A stretch of 47,512 nt of DNA, taken from assembly GCA_003221005.1 (NCBI GenBank), contig QHTZ01000072.1, positions 1 through 47,512 on the forward strand, in the 5' to 3' direction. The DNA comes from Gemmatimonadota bacterium (GTDB lineage: Bacteria; Gemmatimonadota; Gemmatimonadetes; Gemmatimonadales; GWC2-71-9). The notes under the pieces are model-generated. The model was not told where the DNA came from. It ran no database searches and saw only the letters and a program-made list of their open reading frames with translations. Shown one piece after another: positions 16,872-26,197 of this stretch (the stretch's first letter is position 1; each line of letters opens with the position of its first letter). A program made the position numbers and the translations under genes.

Positions 16872-18023
16872 ATGGCCGACCCGGCGACGATACCGGCCGA
16901 CGAGCTCGCCCGGCGACTCGATCGCGGCGAGCGCGTCCAGCTCCTCGACGTCCGCGCGACCGAGCGCGTGCGTCTCGGCCGCGCTGCCCTCGGACCCGCC
17001 CTCGAGTTTCACGCCCTCCCCGCCTCGCAGCTCTACAACCTGCAGTCGCTCGACTCGCTGGGACTCGATCGATCGCAGCCGGTGCTGGTGATCTGCGGGC
17101 ACGGCAACAGCAGCGCGCGGGCGGCCGACTTTCTGCAGGAGCGGGGCTTCGACGCCCGCTCGGTGGCGGGCGGAATGGCGGCGTGGGAAGGGGTCTACCT
17201 GCCGCGGCGGCTCGCACCGACGCGCGCACTCGAGCACGTGGTGCAGCTCGACCGCGTGGGGAAAGGCGCGCTGAGCTACGTGCTCGCGAGCGACCGGGAT
17301 GCCTTGATCGTTGACCCTGGCCGGCATCTCGAGCGCTATGAGGCGGTGCTCGAGGAGCTGCACGCCACGGCCACGGCCGTGATCGATACGCACATGCACG
17401 CCGACTATTTGAGCGGCGCGCGCACGGCCGCGCGCCGCTGGCGGGTCCCGTACTTCGTTCACCCCGACGACACCAGCTCGCCGTACGACGGCGCCGCTGG
17501 TCGCTTCCCTTACGAACCGCTCCGCGACGGCGACACGATCGCGTTCGGACGAGCGACGCTCCGGGTGGAGCACGTGCCCGGTCACACGCTGGGAAGCGTG
17601 ACGCTCATTGCGGACGAATCCATCGCCCTCACCGGGGACTTCCTATTCGTGCAGTCGCTCGGCCGGCCGGATCTGGGGGGGCAGGCAGAGGCATGGGGGC
17701 GCCTGCTGTGGCACAGTCTCGAGCGCACGCGACGCCGCTGGCCGGGCGACCTCCTCATCCTTCCCGCTCACTACGCCAGCGAGCTCGAGCGGCGCGCCGA
17801 CCGCAGCGTCGGCGCGCGGCTGGACGTCATCGCGGCGACGAACCCCGTAGCAGCCATCGCCGACGAAGCGAGCTTCCTGCGCTTCCTGGCCCAGCACGAC
17901 ACGGCGCCGCCGGAAAGCTACCGCACGATCAAGCTGGCCAACCTCGGGCTTGTCGAGCTGGCCGCAGCCGACGCGGAAGCCGTCGAGGTCGGCCCGAACC
18001 AGTGCGCGGTCGCCGCGGAGTGA
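16872..18023 (+). CDS. Rhodanese + metallo-beta-lactamase fold fusion (persulfide dioxygenase/sulfurtransferase-like, YrkH/CstB family)
   Basis: LLDVR, VICGHGNSS, GGMAAW; DTHMHADYLSG, PGHT, TGDFLF, GRPDL, LPAHY, GPNQCA. Confidence 0.88.
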   Translation: MADPATIPADELARRLDRGERVQLLDVRATERVRLGRAALGPALEFHALPASQLYNLQSLDSLGLDRSQPVLVICGHGNSSARAADFLQERGFDARSVAGGMAAWEGVYLPRRLAPTRALEHVVQLDRVGKGALSYVLASDRDALIVDPGRHLERYEAVLEELHATATAVIDTHMHADYLSGARTAARRWRVPYFVHPDDTSSPYDGAAGRFPYEPLRDGDTIAFGRATLRVEHVPGHTLGSVTLIADESIALTGDFLFVQSLGRPDLGGQAEAWGRLLWHSLERTRRRWPGDLLILPAHYASELERRADRSVGARLDVIAATNPVAAIADEASFLRFLAQHDTAPPESYRTIKLANLGLVELAAADAEAVEVGPNQCAVAAE

Positions 18024-18030
18024 CGCACCG

Positions 18031-18360
18031 TCATTCGCCCGACTGCACCAGCAGGTAGACCCAGTCCGTCCCCCCCAGCGTTTGCAGCCCGCAGGGACAC
18101 CGCGCCGGCACGAACACCACTTCGTTCGCCGAGACCTCGATGCGGTCACCGTCCAACAACATCACCCCTCGCCCCGACACGGTGAGGAACAGCTGGCCGA
18201 CGTCTTCGGTGGTGACGGGAATGTCGGCGCCCGGCCGCATGACCGTGTGCCGCACGCTTACACCGGGGAGCGCGTCGGGCATGGTGAGCTCGACGTAGCG
18301 CCGCAGCCCTTCCTCGGACAGGGGGAGCTTAGAGAGACGACGGTAGGTGTAGCGCGGCAC
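18031..18360 (-). CDS. Small cupin-domain protein
   Basis: MRPGA..., FLTVSGRG.MLLDG...V.ANEVVFVPA; canonical metal His residues absent. Confidence 0.7.
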   Translation of the reverse strand: MPRYTYRRLSKLPLSEEGLRRYVELTMPDALPGVSVRHTVMRPGADIPVTTEDVGQLFLTVSGRGVMLLDGDRIEVSANEVVFVPARCPCGLQTLGGTDWVYLLVQSGE

Positions 18361-18449
18361 GTTGGGGCGATCCCCGTCCTGGAGGGCGCGAAGCCTGCAG
18401 TGCCGGGGCGCTCCGGCCCGTCCAAGATGAGACCCCGCAAGGCGTTTGC

Positions 18450-18476
18450 GCAACCCTGTGCGCGTTTCCCTGACTC
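18450..18476 (+). promoter_or_regulatory. Possible ECF-sigma-type promoter upstream of the vWA-sigma-anti-sigma unit
   Basis: GCAACC-16 nt-GACTC, resembling AAC-containing ECF -35 elements; the operon encodes its own ECF sigma. Confidence 0.3.
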
Positions 18477-18514
18477 AGTCGTCTCTCTTCGCGTCTCGCA
18501 CAGGGGTGGATGTC

Positions 18515-20665
18515 ATGGTTTCGCGTTTCAGGACCTTCGCAACCGCCGGCGCCCTCGTGGTCGCCTGCGCCAGCGTGCTCGCAGGCCAGGGTTGGATCGA
18601 ACCGATCCATCCCCTTCCCACGGGCCGGGTGGAGAAAATCAGGAGCGCCGTGCAGGTCACGGTCACGGGGCGCGTCGCGCGCGTGACTGTGGAGGAATGG
18701 TTCCGCAACCGCGGCCCGATCATGGACGAAGGGTCGTACCTCTATCCCCTTCCCGGGGAGGCGGTCTTCAGCGACTTCTCGCTGTGGCAGGGGGACCGCG
18801 AGCTGAAGGGCGAGATGATGGACGCCACTCAGGCGCGCTCCGTGTACGAATCCATCGTCCGGCGCAAGCGTGATCCGGCGCTGATCGAGCTGGCGGGGCA
18901 CGGGCTATTGCGCGCTCGCGTCTTTCCCATCAATCCCGGCGAAACGCGCAAGATCACGCTGCGCTACACCCAGGTGCTCGACCACGTGGGCGACGCCTGG
19001 CGATTCCGGTTCGCGAGCGGCCCCGGCGCGGCGCCCCGCAGCTTCCACATGACGGTGGACAGCGCGGACCGCGTGAGCAGCCCCTATTCCCCCACGCACC
19101 ACGTCACCACGTCGCGGCAGGGAGACCGGCTGGACGTGACGCTCGCCGACTCGAGCTGGAGCGGCGACCTGGAGCTCCTGCTCCCTCTGACGCGGCGACT
19201 CGTGGGGGTGTCGCTGCTCGCGCACCAGCCAGCAGGTGAGGCGGACGGGTACTTCATGGCGCTGCTCGCGCCAGGGCAGGCCACCGACGCGTCACGCGTG
19301 CGGCGCGACCTCGTCGCCGTGCTCGACATCTCGGGCTCGATGTCCGGCGAGAAGATGGAGCAGGCCAGGGCGGCGCTGCTGCAACTGCTTCACACGCTGC
19401 ACGCGGGCGACCGGTTCCGCCTCGTCGCGTTCTCGAGTGCCGTGCGCCGCGAGGCGCCGGACTGGAGCGATGCGACGCCTGAAAGCCTGCACCGAGCGGA
19501 GGACTGGGTGCGCTCGCTCAGCGCCGAAGGCGGAACGAACATCGCCGGTGCGCTGAGCGAGGCGTTCGCCGCCCGGCCCGCGGAAGGCGCGCTGGGCGTG
19601 GTCGTCTTCCTCACCGACGGGCTCCCGACCGTCGGCGACACCGATCCGGAACGGATCGCCGATGAGGCCGAGCGGCAGCGCGGGCCGTTCCGCGTCTTTT
19701 CCTTCGGGATCGGGTACGACGTGAATACGTATCTGCTCGACCGCCTCACCGAGCGTGCGCGGGGCACGAGCGAGTACATCCAGCCGGGGGCCGACATCGA
19801 GCGCGCGGTCGGGTCGCTGGCGGCGAAGATCGCGAGCCCCGTGATGACGGACCTCGCGTTGTCAGGGGACGGCGCGGAGCTGTACGATCTCCAGCCCGCG
19901 AGCCTCCCGGACCTGTTCTCAGGGGACGAGATCGTGCTGTTCGGCAGATATCGGGGCAGCGCGCGCGGGGGGTGGAGCATCACGCTCACCGGGCGCCGCA
20001 ACGGACACGAAGAGCGGTTTACGGCGAGCGCGCCGACGGGCGAGACCAACTTCGCCAATGCCTACGTGCGGCAGCTGTGGGCGGCGCGCAAAGCAGGCGC
20101 GCTGGCGCGAGACATCCGGCTCCACGGGCAGACGCCCGAGCTCATGGCCGCGCTGAAAGACCTCGCGCTCCGGTACGGGATCCTCACTGACTACACGGCC
20201 TACCTCGTGCAAGAGCCGAATCAGGTGGTGGTGCGGCAGTTCGAGCGGTCACCGCTTCCGCCGGCTCCGCAGGAGCAGTTCGGCGCGCCATCCGTGGCGC
20301 GGGCGCGCCGCGAGGCGATGTCGGCGAGCGCGAGCGTCGCCGCCGATGCGGCGCGCCTCGACGCCGCCGCGCGCACGAGCATGGCAGCCCCCACCGAGCG
20401 GGCCGGCGATCGGCTGTTCGTGTGGCGCGACAGCACCTGGACGGATCTGCGGCACACCAATTCGCTCCGGGTCGTGACGGTGGAGCCGTTCAGCGACGCG
20501 TACTTCGAGCTGCTGCGCGCCCTGCCCGAGCTGGCGCGCCCGGCCGCCCTCCAGCCCGCCGTGCTCGTGGCGGGACGGCGCGTCAGCATCAAGATTGGGG
20601 CGGGCGGGAGGTCGGCGTGGGGGGAGGGCGAGCTCGAGGCGGTAATCAGGGAGTTTCGGAGCTGA
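18515..20665 (+). CDS. Secreted VIT + vWA domain protein (inter-alpha-trypsin inhibitor heavy chain-like)
   Basis: Signal peptide; VIT (EGSYLYPLP, YESIVRRKRDPALIE); MIDAS DISGSMSG, GGTNI, FLTDG; FGIGYDVN. Confidence 0.9.
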   Translation: MVSRFRTFATAGALVVACASVLAGQGWIEPIHPLPTGRVEKIRSAVQVTVTGRVARVTVEEWFRNRGPIMDEGSYLYPLPGEAVFSDFSLWQGDRELKGEMMDATQARSVYESIVRRKRDPALIELAGHGLLRARVFPINPGETRKITLRYTQVLDHVGDAWRFRFASGPGAAPRSFHMTVDSADRVSSPYSPTHHVTTSRQGDRLDVTLADSSWSGDLELLLPLTRRLVGVSLLAHQPAGEADGYFMALLAPGQATDASRVRRDLVAVLDISGSMSGEKMEQARAALLQLLHTLHAGDRFRLVAFSSAVRREAPDWSDATPESLHRAEDWVRSLSAEGGTNIAGALSEAFAARPAEGALGVVVFLTDGLPTVGDTDPERIADEAERQRGPFRVFSFGIGYDVNTYLLDRLTERARGTSEYIQPGADIERAVGSLAAKIASPVMTDLALSGDGAELYDLQPASLPDLFSGDEIVLFGRYRGSARGGWSITLTGRRNGHEERFTASAPTGETNFANAYVRQLWAARKAGALARDIRLHGQTPELMAALKDLALRYGILTDYTAYLVQEPNQVVVRQFERSPLPPAPQEQFGAPSVARARREAMSASASVAADAARLDAAARTSMAAPTERAGDRLFVWRDSTWTDLRHTNSLRVVTVEPFSDAYFELLRALPELARPAALQPAVLVAGRRVSIKIGAGGRSAWGEGELEAVIREFRS

Positions 20666-20676
20666 CACCAAGTCGC

Positions 20677-21180
20677 ATGCCCGACGACCTAGCCGAGGTT
20701 TATCGGACCACCTACCGCGCGCTCGTGCGGTTCCTGTACCGCAAGGTGTGGGACGCCGATCGCGCGGAGGACCTCGCGCAGGAGGCGTTCACTCGGGCAC
20801 TCGAGCGTCGACCGGAGAACCCGCGGGGATGGCTGTTCGTGGTAGCGGCAAACATGGCACGCGATGAAGCCCGGCGCGCTGCTCGCGAGCGACGTCACCT
20901 GACCCTGCTGTCGGGAGAGCAGCCCGCCGCCGCGCCGCCGTCCGATGAAACGCTCCATGCGGAGCTGCAGCGGTCGCGCGTGCGTGCTGCCCTCGAGCAG
21001 CTCACGCCGCGGGATCGCGAGGTGCTGCTGCTTTGGGACTCCGGGCTGTCTTATGACGAGATTGCCGAGCAGACCGGCTTGGCGCGGGGCGCCGTGAGCA
21101 CCACCCTTGCGCGCGCCCGTCGCCGGTTGGTCGAAGCGTACGAAGCGGGAAGTGAGAGGTCACATGTCGCACGTGGATGA
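20677..21180 (+). CDS. ECF RNA polymerase sigma factor
   Basis: AEDLAQEAF, WLFVVAANMARD, LEQLTPRDREVLLL, SYDEIA...V.TTLARAR. Confidence 0.92.
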   Translation: MPDDLAEVYRTTYRALVRFLYRKVWDADRAEDLAQEAFTRALERRPENPRGWLFVVAANMARDEARRAARERRHLTLLSGEQPAAAPPSDETLHAELQRSRVRAALEQLTPRDREVLLLWDSGLSYDEIAEQTGLARGAVSTTLARARRRLVEAYEAGSERSHVARG

Positions 21181-22015
21181 GGGAACGCTGCACGCCTACC
21201 TGGACGGCGAGCTGCCCGGGGCTGAGATGTCGCGCTTCACGGCCCACCTGGCGGAATGCGTCGACTGCCGCGCCCGCCTCGAGGAGGAGCGGGCGTTGGT
21301 GCAGCGCGCCCGCGACCTGCTCGCCCTCGTCGCGCCCCCGTCGTCCCGGGCCCGCAAGCGGGCGCATCCCTGGCGCAGGTTGCGCCTGCCTCTCGCCTGG
21401 GCGGCGACCGTGGCGCTCGCCTTCGCGATCGGGCGATACGAAGAGAGCGCACGCCCGGGGCGCGAGGTCAAAAGCGACCGCGTCGAGCCGCCGATCGTCG
21501 CCCCGCCGGTGGTGGCGACGCGGCCCGCTGCACCGCACCCCGGCCCGCGCGCCTCGATTCCCAGCAGCGGCACCGCGGCGCAACGTGAGGTCGCCGCGAC
21601 GCCGACGGCGGTGATGGCGCAGGAGGCGGTCGCGCCTCCCCCTCCCCCTCCCCCGGCGCCGGCCGTGGACCTCGACTCGGTCCGACACTTCCTCGCTCAG
21701 GCTCCCGTGCTGCTGCCGGGGGCCCCAGTCCGGCGCGTCACTCGGGCCCCGGACGGGATCGTGGTCGAGCAGCAGCTCGAGTCAGGAGAGATTATTCGTC
21801 TGTACGAGCGACAGGCGCTGGCAGTCCAGCCGCCGGCAGCTGCGAAGGCCGCGCCACAACCCTCCGCACGCCGCACCGCCGCCCTCGACAACGCCGCGGC
21901 GGGGGCGCCGCCCGGTGGGGAGCGGCTCGCCCGGTACGTGGGATCGCTGCGGGTCGAGATCACAGGGCCCCTGCCCGCGGATTCGCTCTCGAAGCTCTTG
22001 GACCTGGTGAAGTGA
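21164..22015 (+). CDS. Zinc-finger (zf-HC2) transmembrane anti-sigma factor
   Basis: LHAYLDGEL...HLAECVDC (HxxxCxxC); single TM (LAWAATVALAFAIG); Pro/Ala linker. Confidence 0.88.
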   Translation: MSHVDEGTLHAYLDGELPGAEMSRFTAHLAECVDCRARLEEERALVQRARDLLALVAPPSSRARKRAHPWRRLRLPLAWAATVALAFAIGRYEESARPGREVKSDRVEPPIVAPPVVATRPAAPHPGPRASIPSSGTAAQREVAATPTAVMAQEAVAPPPPPPPAPAVDLDSVRHFLAQAPVLLPGAPVRRVTRAPDGIVVEQQLESGEIIRLYERQALAVQPPAAAKAAPQPSARRTAALDNAAAGAPPGGERLARYVGSLRVEITGPLPADSLSKLLDLVK

Positions 22016-22072
22016 CGCGAAACGGAGTGCAGCCGCGCTCGCGCGCCGCGAGCAGGGTCCCCGCCCTGCGTC

Positions 22073-22465
22073 CTACGGCGCGCGCGGCAAGACGACGATC
22101 GTCCCGCTCATACGCTCAACGACATCCATCTGGACCGTGGAGTGATATGTATAGGTTCCGGTCGCAAGCATCACTGTATACATGCCGGCGAGCTGCGTCG
22201 GGGAGTTCGGGGGGAGCCCCCCCCCCGGCCCCGTATCCCACGTGACGTTGTGGTATTGGTTCCCAATTCCCCATATGAAGGTCACGGTGGCTAAGTCGTT
22301 AGTTCCAGCCGTCAGGGTGTCGGGCGACGGGGCGAAATAGTAGTTCCCCACGCTGATCGTATCATTGTTGGCTGCGGCCACCGGCGAGGCAAGGGTGTCG
22401 CACGACGCTTGCAGCACCGAGCCCAGCGCGAGTGGCAACAAGAGGGTCAGCAGCTGCGACCGCAT
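22073..22465 (-). CDS. Exported plastocyanin/cupredoxin-like protein with degenerate copper site
   Basis: Signal peptide ending in Cys; FAPS..T, VTF.W, HNVTW, GTYTYHSTVQ....MSGTIVV. Confidence 0.7.
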   Translation of the reverse strand: MRSQLLTLLLPLALGSVLQASCDTLASPVAAANNDTISVGNYYFAPSPDTLTAGTNDLATVTFIWGIGNQYHNVTWDTGPGGGLPPNSPTQLAGMYTVMLATGTYTYHSTVQMDVVERMSGTIVVLPRAP

Positions 22466-22538
22466 AGAAGCTCCGCGTGAGTGGGTGGACCCTAGGAGCA
22501 GGTGTGGTACCCCTGGCACCGGCGGAAGAGCCCTCAAC

Positions 22539-23756
22539 CTAGTGCGCCTCGCGCTCCAGGGTGTCGGCGGCCAGTCGGGGGGAGAGCATGGGGTAGCGCG
22601 CGGCGAACCACCCGAACGCCAGGAGAAACAGCCCGACGTACAATATTGTGACGCCGATCTCGGGGACGCCGATCGCCGGCCCAGCGCCGTTGTTGATGGA
22701 AGGAACGACCTCGAGATAGCGCTCCAGCCATAGTCCGACGAGACTCACGGACACGAACCCGAGGAACGTGGGCGGGTACTTCTTCGGCCTGACGCCCAGC
22801 AGCCCGAGAAACGGCACCACGAAAACCAAGATGAACACCGTTGCGCCGACCGGCCGCCAGGGACCCCACAGGCGGTACCAGACGAAGTACGTCTCCTCGG
22901 GGATGTTGCCGTACCAGATCACCAGAAATTGCGCCCACATGAGGTAGCCCCAGAACACGGTAAAGCCGAACACCAGCTTCCCGAGATCGTGCAGCTGCCG
23001 GGGCGAGATCAGCGCTTGGAGACCCATCGCGCGGCGCAGGGCGAGCGACAGGACCGCGAGCGCGCCCAGCGCTCCCAGGAAGCCTCCCATGAAGTAAAAG
23101 GCGCCGTACAGGTTGCTCATCCACTTGTGGTTGAGCGACATGACGAAATCGAACCCGAGGAGCGAGTAGCCGAACGCGAATGCCATCGTCATGATGGCCG
23201 CATCCCGCATGATGCGGCCCTTCTCCTCCGGATCCGGGTCGACCGGGCGGCCGTCCGCCAACTCCTGAATGTCCGGGGCGAGATCACGACGCACGAAGCG
23301 CCACGAGAGCCAGGCGAGCAGCGCGAGGATGAGCCCGTTGCGGACGAAGAAGACCTTGGTCGTGAACCACGCGCCGATGTCGGGCCGCGGCGCGCCGCGC
23401 AGCCAGCCGAACAGGTGGAACCGCCCCAGATACAGGCCGGCGAAGAGCACCAAGGCCACGAACAGAAACGGAACGGCCGCCTCGGCGAACCGGATCATGA
23501 GTCCCGACCAGTGGCCCTTTGCGAGCTTCTGCGTGGCGGCGAAGACGACCAGCGCCTGCGCCACGACGATGAAGAAGACGAAGTTGAAGTGATACGCCTG
23601 CCAGGCACGGTCAGCCCGGCCGCTCGCGAGCGCCCACAGGAACACCGCTCCTCCTGCGATCGCCGCGAGCGTGCCGTACGCGACGATGGCTCGGACCGGT
23701 GCCCTCCGCGCCCTCGCGGCAAGGTCTTTCCGCGTGACGTGAGTCGCCGCGGTCAT
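22539..23756 (-). CDS. actF: Alternative complex III membrane subunit ActF
   Basis: About 10 TM; DFVMSL..KW.S.LYG, HDLGKLVFGF.VFWGYLMWAQFLVIWYGNIPEET. Confidence 0.9.
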   Translation of the reverse strand: MTAATHVTRKDLAARARRAPVRAIVAYGTLAAIAGGAVFLWALASGRADRAWQAYHFNFVFFIVVAQALVVFAATQKLAKGHWSGLMIRFAEAAVPFLFVALVLFAGLYLGRFHLFGWLRGAPRPDIGAWFTTKVFFVRNGLILALLAWLSWRFVRRDLAPDIQELADGRPVDPDPEEKGRIMRDAAIMTMAFAFGYSLLGFDFVMSLNHKWMSNLYGAFYFMGGFLGALGALAVLSLALRRAMGLQALISPRQLHDLGKLVFGFTVFWGYLMWAQFLVIWYGNIPEETYFVWYRLWGPWRPVGATVFILVFVVPFLGLLGVRPKKYPPTFLGFVSVSLVGLWLERYLEVVPSINNGAGPAIGVPEIGVTILYVGLFLLAFGWFAARYPMLSPRLAADTLEREAH

Positions 23757-24292
23757 CGGCCTACGCCGCTGCGCGCGAGGGCCTGCAGGGTGCGGACGTA
23801 GTTCACGAGGTCCCAGCGATCCACGCCCCGCACCTTGTCCCCGTAGCGCGGCATCAGCGGGCGGCCCACCGTCTGGGCGTTGGCAATTACGCCGTAGAGG
23901 TAGCCGTCGGAGCGCCGGGCCACCGTATCGGTGACGACGGACCGCACACCGAAGAACGGTCCGCCTGCGGCGGACGAGATGGGCCCGTCGCCATGCCCCG
24001 CCTCACCGTGGCAGACCAGACAATAGGTCTCATAGACGAATTTGCCGCGGTTGATCGACTCCGAGGTGCGGGTCCGCGGATTCACGAGGCGATCGGCGGT
24101 GCTCAAGTCCACGACGGGCTCGAGACCCGTGACCGGCACGGTGCCTTCGACCGGATCGCGCGGCATGGCGTAGGGCTTGATGCTTCGCTGGGTGACCATC
24201 GCCGAGAACCAGCTGAAGCTGTGGATCACGTCTTCGGGCCGGCAGCCGGCGGCGACCAGGAGCGTTACCGCAACGAGAGCGCGGCTAGCCAT
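23753..24292 (-). CDS. actE: Alternative complex III monoheme cytochrome c lipoprotein ActE
   Basis: Lipobox AAGC; PVEGTVP; CLVCH; MPRY axial Met; RWDLVNYVRTLQ. Confidence 0.88.
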   Translation of the reverse strand: MASRALVAVTLLVAAGCRPEDVIHSFSWFSAMVTQRSIKPYAMPRDPVEGTVPVTGLEPVVDLSTADRLVNPRTRTSESINRGKFVYETYCLVCHGEAGHGDGPISSAAGGPFFGVRSVVTDTVARRSDGYLYGVIANAQTVGRPLMPRYGDKVRGVDRWDLVNYVRTLQALARSGVGR

Positions 24293-24830
24293 GCCGCACC
24301 TCCTCGGCCCCGCAGCGCTTGAGCAGCGCTTCGACGGGCGCGGCCTGCGCCCGGCTCGCGGGGACGAAGATGCCGAACTTGTCGTTGGTAAAGCGCGGAT
24401 CGTACGCGATGGTGCCCTGATGCCGGGTCGCGAGCAGGACGTTGAACGCGATCCCGAGCAGCGTGGTGAGCGCGCCGAACAGCACCGTCATCTCGAACAT
24501 GATGACGACGTACGGAGGGATCGAGCCGATGGTCTTGCCGCCCACCTGCACTGGCCAGTCGTACGACATGTACAGCGTGATCCACGTGCCGATAGCACAC
24601 CCCGAGATCCCGCCGATCAGCGTGTACATGCGCACCGGGCTCACCGGCTGGGCGAGCGCGTCTTCCAGCTCGTGGCGCGGGAGCGGTGAGTACACCGTGA
24701 AATCCTTGTGGCCGTCGCGCTTCAGCTGGTGGATCGCGTCCACCGCGGCGTCCAGGTGCCCGAACACCGCGAGCACGCCGGGTGTCGGCGGCGGGTGGAA
24801 GATCGCGGCCAGCGGGTTGCCGAGCTTCAC
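24285..24830 (-). CDS. actD: Alternative complex III subunit ActD (DUF3341)
   Basis: YSPLP.H, DWP..VGGK, FEMTVLFG, YDPRFT.DKF; GTG overlapping the actC stop. Confidence 0.88.
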   Translation of the reverse strand: MKLGNPLAAIFHPPPTPGVLAVFGHLDAAVDAIHQLKRDGHKDFTVYSPLPRHELEDALAQPVSPVRMYTLIGGISGCAIGTWITLYMSYDWPVQVGGKTIGSIPPYVVIMFEMTVLFGALTTLLGIAFNVLLATRHQGTIAYDPRFTNDKFGIFVPASRAQAAPVEALLKRCGAEEVRHG

Positions 24831-26191
24831 GCGTGTCTCGCTGCCGCGCGCCGCGGCGCCGGGAGCTCTTCTTTGACTTCGGCCACGGAGACGGCGGGGA
24901 AGTTCTTCACGAACAGGAGAAACCACATGAAGAACCAGCCGAAGCTGCCGGCCATGATGCCCCAGTCCGCCCAGGTGGCGTTGTAGCCGGCCCGCACGTA
25001 GGGCTCGAACGGCTCGCCCGCGAGGTGAACCGCGATGATCACGAACCGCTCCATCCACATCCCCACGTTCACGAAGATCGAGATGACGAAGAGCGCCGTA
25101 ATGTTCGTGCGGACTTTCTTGAACCACAGGAGCCACGGCAGGAACGCGTTGCAGATGTTCATCGTCCAGCCCGCCCACCAGAAACGGCCGAACGCGCGGT
25201 ACCAGAACGCGTCACGCTCGGGCGTCGGGCCGCCGTACCACGCCACGTAGTTCTCGATCACGTAGGCGTAGCACACGATCATCCCGGTGAGCAGGCACAG
25301 CTTCGAGAGATTCTCGAAGTGGTGCACCGTGACGATCTTCTCGAGCTGAAACAGCTTGCGCATCGGGACGAGCAGCGTGATGACCATCGCGCAGCCGGAG
25401 TAGATGGCGCCGGCGACGAAGTAGGGCGCGAACAGCGTCTCGTGCCACGCGGGCACCTGCGCCATGGCGAAATCCCACGACACCACGCTGTGCACGGAGA
25501 GCACGAGCGGCGTGGCCAGCGCCGCGAGATAGAGGTACGCCGGCCGGTAATGCCGCCATTGCTCGTTGGTGCCGCGCCAGCCGAGGGACGTGATCGCGTA
25601 CAGCTTGCGCCGCCAGCCGGTCGCCACGTCCCGTACCGCCGCGATGTCGGGGATCAGTCCCATGATCAGGAAGCAGGCCGACACGGTGAAGTACGTCCCG
25701 ACCGCGAACTCGTCCCAGATCAGCGGTGACTTGAAGTTCGGCCACAGCCCCCGCTCGTTGGGGTACGGCAGCAGCCAGTAGAAGAACCACTGGCGCCCGA
25801 TGTGGATCAATGGAAACAGACCGGCGGTCATGACCGCGAACACCGTCATCACCTCGGCGACGCGATACACCGCGGTGCGCCAACCAGACCGAAACAGATA
25901 CAGGATCGCCGAGATCAGGGTCCCCGAGTGCGCGATGCCGACCCAGAACACGAAGCAGGTGATGTAAATCGCCCAGTACGTCGGCATCGAGTAGCCGGCC
26001 ATGCCCATGCCGTAGCGCAGCAGGAACAGCAGGCAGACGATCCCGATCCCGAGCAGCGTGACCGCGCTGCCCAGGAGCACGTAGTAGCCCCGCCCCGGGT
26101 TGCCCAGCGTCCGCGCGATGGCGCGCGTGACGTAGTCGTAGGTCAGCGGGCCGGTCGCCCGCTCAGGCGGTGCGGTCGTGGGCTGGGCCAT
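24827..26191 (-). CDS. actC: Alternative complex III quinol-binding NrfD-family subunit ActC
   Basis: FVFWVGIAHSGTLISAIL, AE.MT.FA, HIGR.W, NFKSPL.WD, LATPLVLSVHSVVSWDFA, GMWMERFVII. Confidence 0.95.
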   Translation of the reverse strand: MAQPTTAPPERATGPLTYDYVTRAIARTLGNPGRGYYVLLGSAVTLLGIGIVCLLFLLRYGMGMAGYSMPTYWAIYITCFVFWVGIAHSGTLISAILYLFRSGWRTAVYRVAEVMTVFAVMTAGLFPLIHIGRQWFFYWLLPYPNERGLWPNFKSPLIWDEFAVGTYFTVSACFLIMGLIPDIAAVRDVATGWRRKLYAITSLGWRGTNEQWRHYRPAYLYLAALATPLVLSVHSVVSWDFAMAQVPAWHETLFAPYFVAGAIYSGCAMVITLLVPMRKLFQLEKIVTVHHFENLSKLCLLTGMIVCYAYVIENYVAWYGGPTPERDAFWYRAFGRFWWAGWTMNICNAFLPWLLWFKKVRTNITALFVISIFVNVGMWMERFVIIAVHLAGEPFEPYVRAGYNATWADWGIMAGSFGWFFMWFLLFVKNFPAVSVAEVKEELPAPRRAAARHA

Positions 26192-26197
26192 CGTCGC

